Positions 31,662-32,000 of a stretch of 32,000 nt of DNA are shown here, piece by piece. Position 1 is the stretch's first letter. Each line of letters starts with the position of its first letter. The notes under the pieces were generated by a model. It was given only the letters and a program-made list of their open reading frames with translations. It had not been told where the DNA came from and did no database searches. The position numbers and the translations under genes were made by a program. The stretch lies in contig NC_014972.1 of assembly GCF_000186885.1 (NCBI RefSeq), positions 2,370,001 to 2,402,000 on the forward strand, written 5' to 3'. This stretch comes from Desulfobulbus propionicus DSM 2032. GTDB taxonomy: Bacteria; Desulfobacterota; Desulfobulbia; Desulfobulbales; Desulfobulbaceae.

Positions 31662-32000
31662 ATGCTCCTGTACGCCCTGGTACTCCTGCCGCTCATCGGT
31701 TCGCCGCTGCCCGCCTTGACGGCTCGCCTTGCCGGACGAACGGCGCCCGTCCTGACGGCAGCCGCGATCAGCGCCGTGGCCCTGCTCTTGGCCTTGCCGC
31801 CCCTGGCCGCGGCATTCGCCGGTGCGCCCATGGAAGCGTATCACTCCTGGCTGCCCCAGGCGGGACTTGACCTGGGCCTGCGCATGGACGGGCTGGGCGC
31901 GCTGTTTGTTCTCCTGATCCTCGGCATCGGCCTGTTGGTGCTCCTCTATGCCCATTATTACCTGACCAAGGAGGAGGCGGTCGGCCGCTTTTATAGTTTT
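31662..32000 (+). CDS. mrpA: Na+(K+)/H+ antiporter subunit A (MrpA/MnhA-like; NuoL-type proton-translocating subunit), 5' end only
   Basis: Not in the ORF track because it is open at the right edge. My translation from ATG 31662 gives MLLYALVLLPLIGSPLPALTARLAGRTAPVLTAAAISAVALLLALPPLAAAFAGAPMEAYHSWLPQAGLDLGLRMDGLGALFVLLILGIGLLVLLYAHYYLTKEEAVGRFYSF. This matches the MrpA N-terminal pattern W.P.LG......DGL..LF.LLI.GIG.LV.LY...YL. GGAGG lies 11 nt upstream. Confidence 0.72.
   Translation, partial: MLLYALVLLPLIGSPLPALTARLAGRTAPVLTAAAISAVALLLALPPLAAAFAGAPMEAYHSWLPQAGLDLGLRMDGLGALFVLLILGIGLLVLLYAHYYLTKEEAVGRFYSF

Noticed and set aside
31371-31955. ORFs 31371..31955 (-, 194 aa), 31520..31870 (+, 116 aa) and 31637..31831 (-) at the right end
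   Set aside because: The third + frame from ATG 31662 gives a textbook MrpA/NuoL-type N-terminus with an SD. The listed ORFs are R/P/G-rich shadows in other frames.

Overview
This is a high-GC window that looks chromosomal and Desulfobacterota/deltaproteobacteria-like. That taxon guess is an inference from pilin N-terminus style, sigma-54 usage and gene content, and it was not tested. All homology calls come from motif recognition by eye; no searches were run. The window has three blocks. (i) 1-7.4 kb is a type IV pilus block. On the minus strand it carries a two-component pair (sensor kinase plus NtrC-type sigma-54 activator, PilS/PilR-like). This is followed by a minor-pilin operon (PilV-, PilW-, PilX-like) ending in a secreted Calx-beta tandem-repeat protein that runs off the left edge. 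This last ORF is absent from the supplied track and was found by manual translation. Divergently on the plus strand lies a major pilin gene (pilA) with a near-consensus sigma-54 promoter, upstream palindromes and a strong intrinsic terminator. (ii) 7.4-18.9 kb is a visibly lower-GC, compositionally mosaic glycan/protein-modification island. It contains a TPR-tailed GT-C membrane glycosyltransferase, a VKOR-DsbA fusion and a second GT-C enzyme, with these three genes joined by ATGA overlaps. They are followed by a Wzx-like flippase, a very AT-rich tagD/tagF-like CDP-glycerol cassette, two GT4 enzymes and a polyprenyl-phosphate GT2. I consider this pilin-adjacent module the best candidate for an undescribed system: periplasmic pilin/adhesin glycosylation, possibly phosphoglycerol-containing, coupled to disulfide formation. 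(iii) 19.2-31.5 kb is a self-contained tungsten block. It holds an Fe-alcohol dehydrogenase with a perfect sigma-54 promoter, a structured leader resembling a Moco/Tuco riboswitch, and aldehyde:ferredoxin oxidoreductase. It continues with MoaD, MoeA, a MoeA-PBP-like fusion, a ThiF-family E1, a small membrane protein, an HTH-PBP-like regulator and tupABC. The window ends with the 5' end of an mrpA-like antiporter gene, also not in the ORF track. I saw no rRNA, tRNA, CRISPR, transposase or integrase. Many long listed ORFs are antisense or out-of-frame shadows typical of high-GC DNA.
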